64,000 nt of DNA from Alloascoidea hylecoeti (lineage: Eukaryota): assembly GCA_001600815.1 (NCBI GenBank), contig BCKZ01000014.1, positions 248,001 to 312,000 of the forward strand, in the 5' to 3' direction. Under the pieces are notes generated by a model, which did no database searches, was not told where the DNA came from, and was given only the letters and a program-made list of their open reading frames with translations. This document shows positions 63,700 to 64,000 of the stretch, piece after piece (position 1 is the stretch's first letter; every line of letters starts with the position of its first letter). The position numbers and the translations under genes were made by a program.

Positions 63700-64000
63700 T
63701 TGTATACATATCAATGGGTTCGATGCCCTTGAAATTGACAGTCGTACCTGCATTTCCCCAACTTTAAAAATATGAATTAATAACAATTATGGTACTACTG
63801 ACAAGTATAAGTTGTTCAATGACTTGTCGAAATCCACTGAGAAAATCAAAACAAAATGTGTGAATTTTTATAACATTACAGTCTCGATTGAAGACCATGA
63901 GCTTTCAGACTCTGGAATTATTCATCGATTATATCAAAATATCATACTACCGATTCGAGTGGTGGAAGAGCGACTCTACATCAATGGTGATGATGGAAAA
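63700..64000 (+). pseudogene. Further Gag-like copy (f), head-to-head with copy e and running off the window end
   Basis: SIEDHELSDSGIIHRLYQNIILP versus copy e SIADHELSIYGTIHR*ITDITIP, with synonymous third-position changes (GGA/GGG, ATC/ATT, CCG/CCA). Confidence 0.72.

Overview
AT-rich, intron-containing nuclear DNA from a budding yeast (Saccharomycotina-like; short GT..CTAAC/TTAAC..YAG introns; the species cannot be determined from sequence alone). The housekeeping backbone is THP1, UPF3, ADK2, KRE6/SKN1, a CYSTM gene, PDA1, an amino-acid permease, DUF3605, GYP8, SPT8, an ECM3-like carrier, PUS1, NIP7, MRH4, two GH13 alpha-glucosidases, PXMP4, ATG22, GID7, PDI1, GRH1, tRNA-Leu(UAA) and an arrestin-like gene. 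The most unusual content is a family of at least six decayed, mutually related sequences resembling the Gag/capsid of L-A-type totiviruses (39.2-43.3 kb and 62.4-64 kb). One piece is duplicated as a near-perfect ~195-bp inverted repeat that could give hairpin dsRNA. An intact, reshaped Ran-binding-domain gene with a myristoylation-like start and a PPPY motif sits inside the cluster. Also present: a lone Ty1/copia Gag-like ORF, a FAS1 pseudogene fragment, a tandem pair of five-exon orphan paralogs with a Hook/CH-like N-terminus, and a MITE-like repeat. All homology calls were made by eye against remembered protein sequences; no searches were run.
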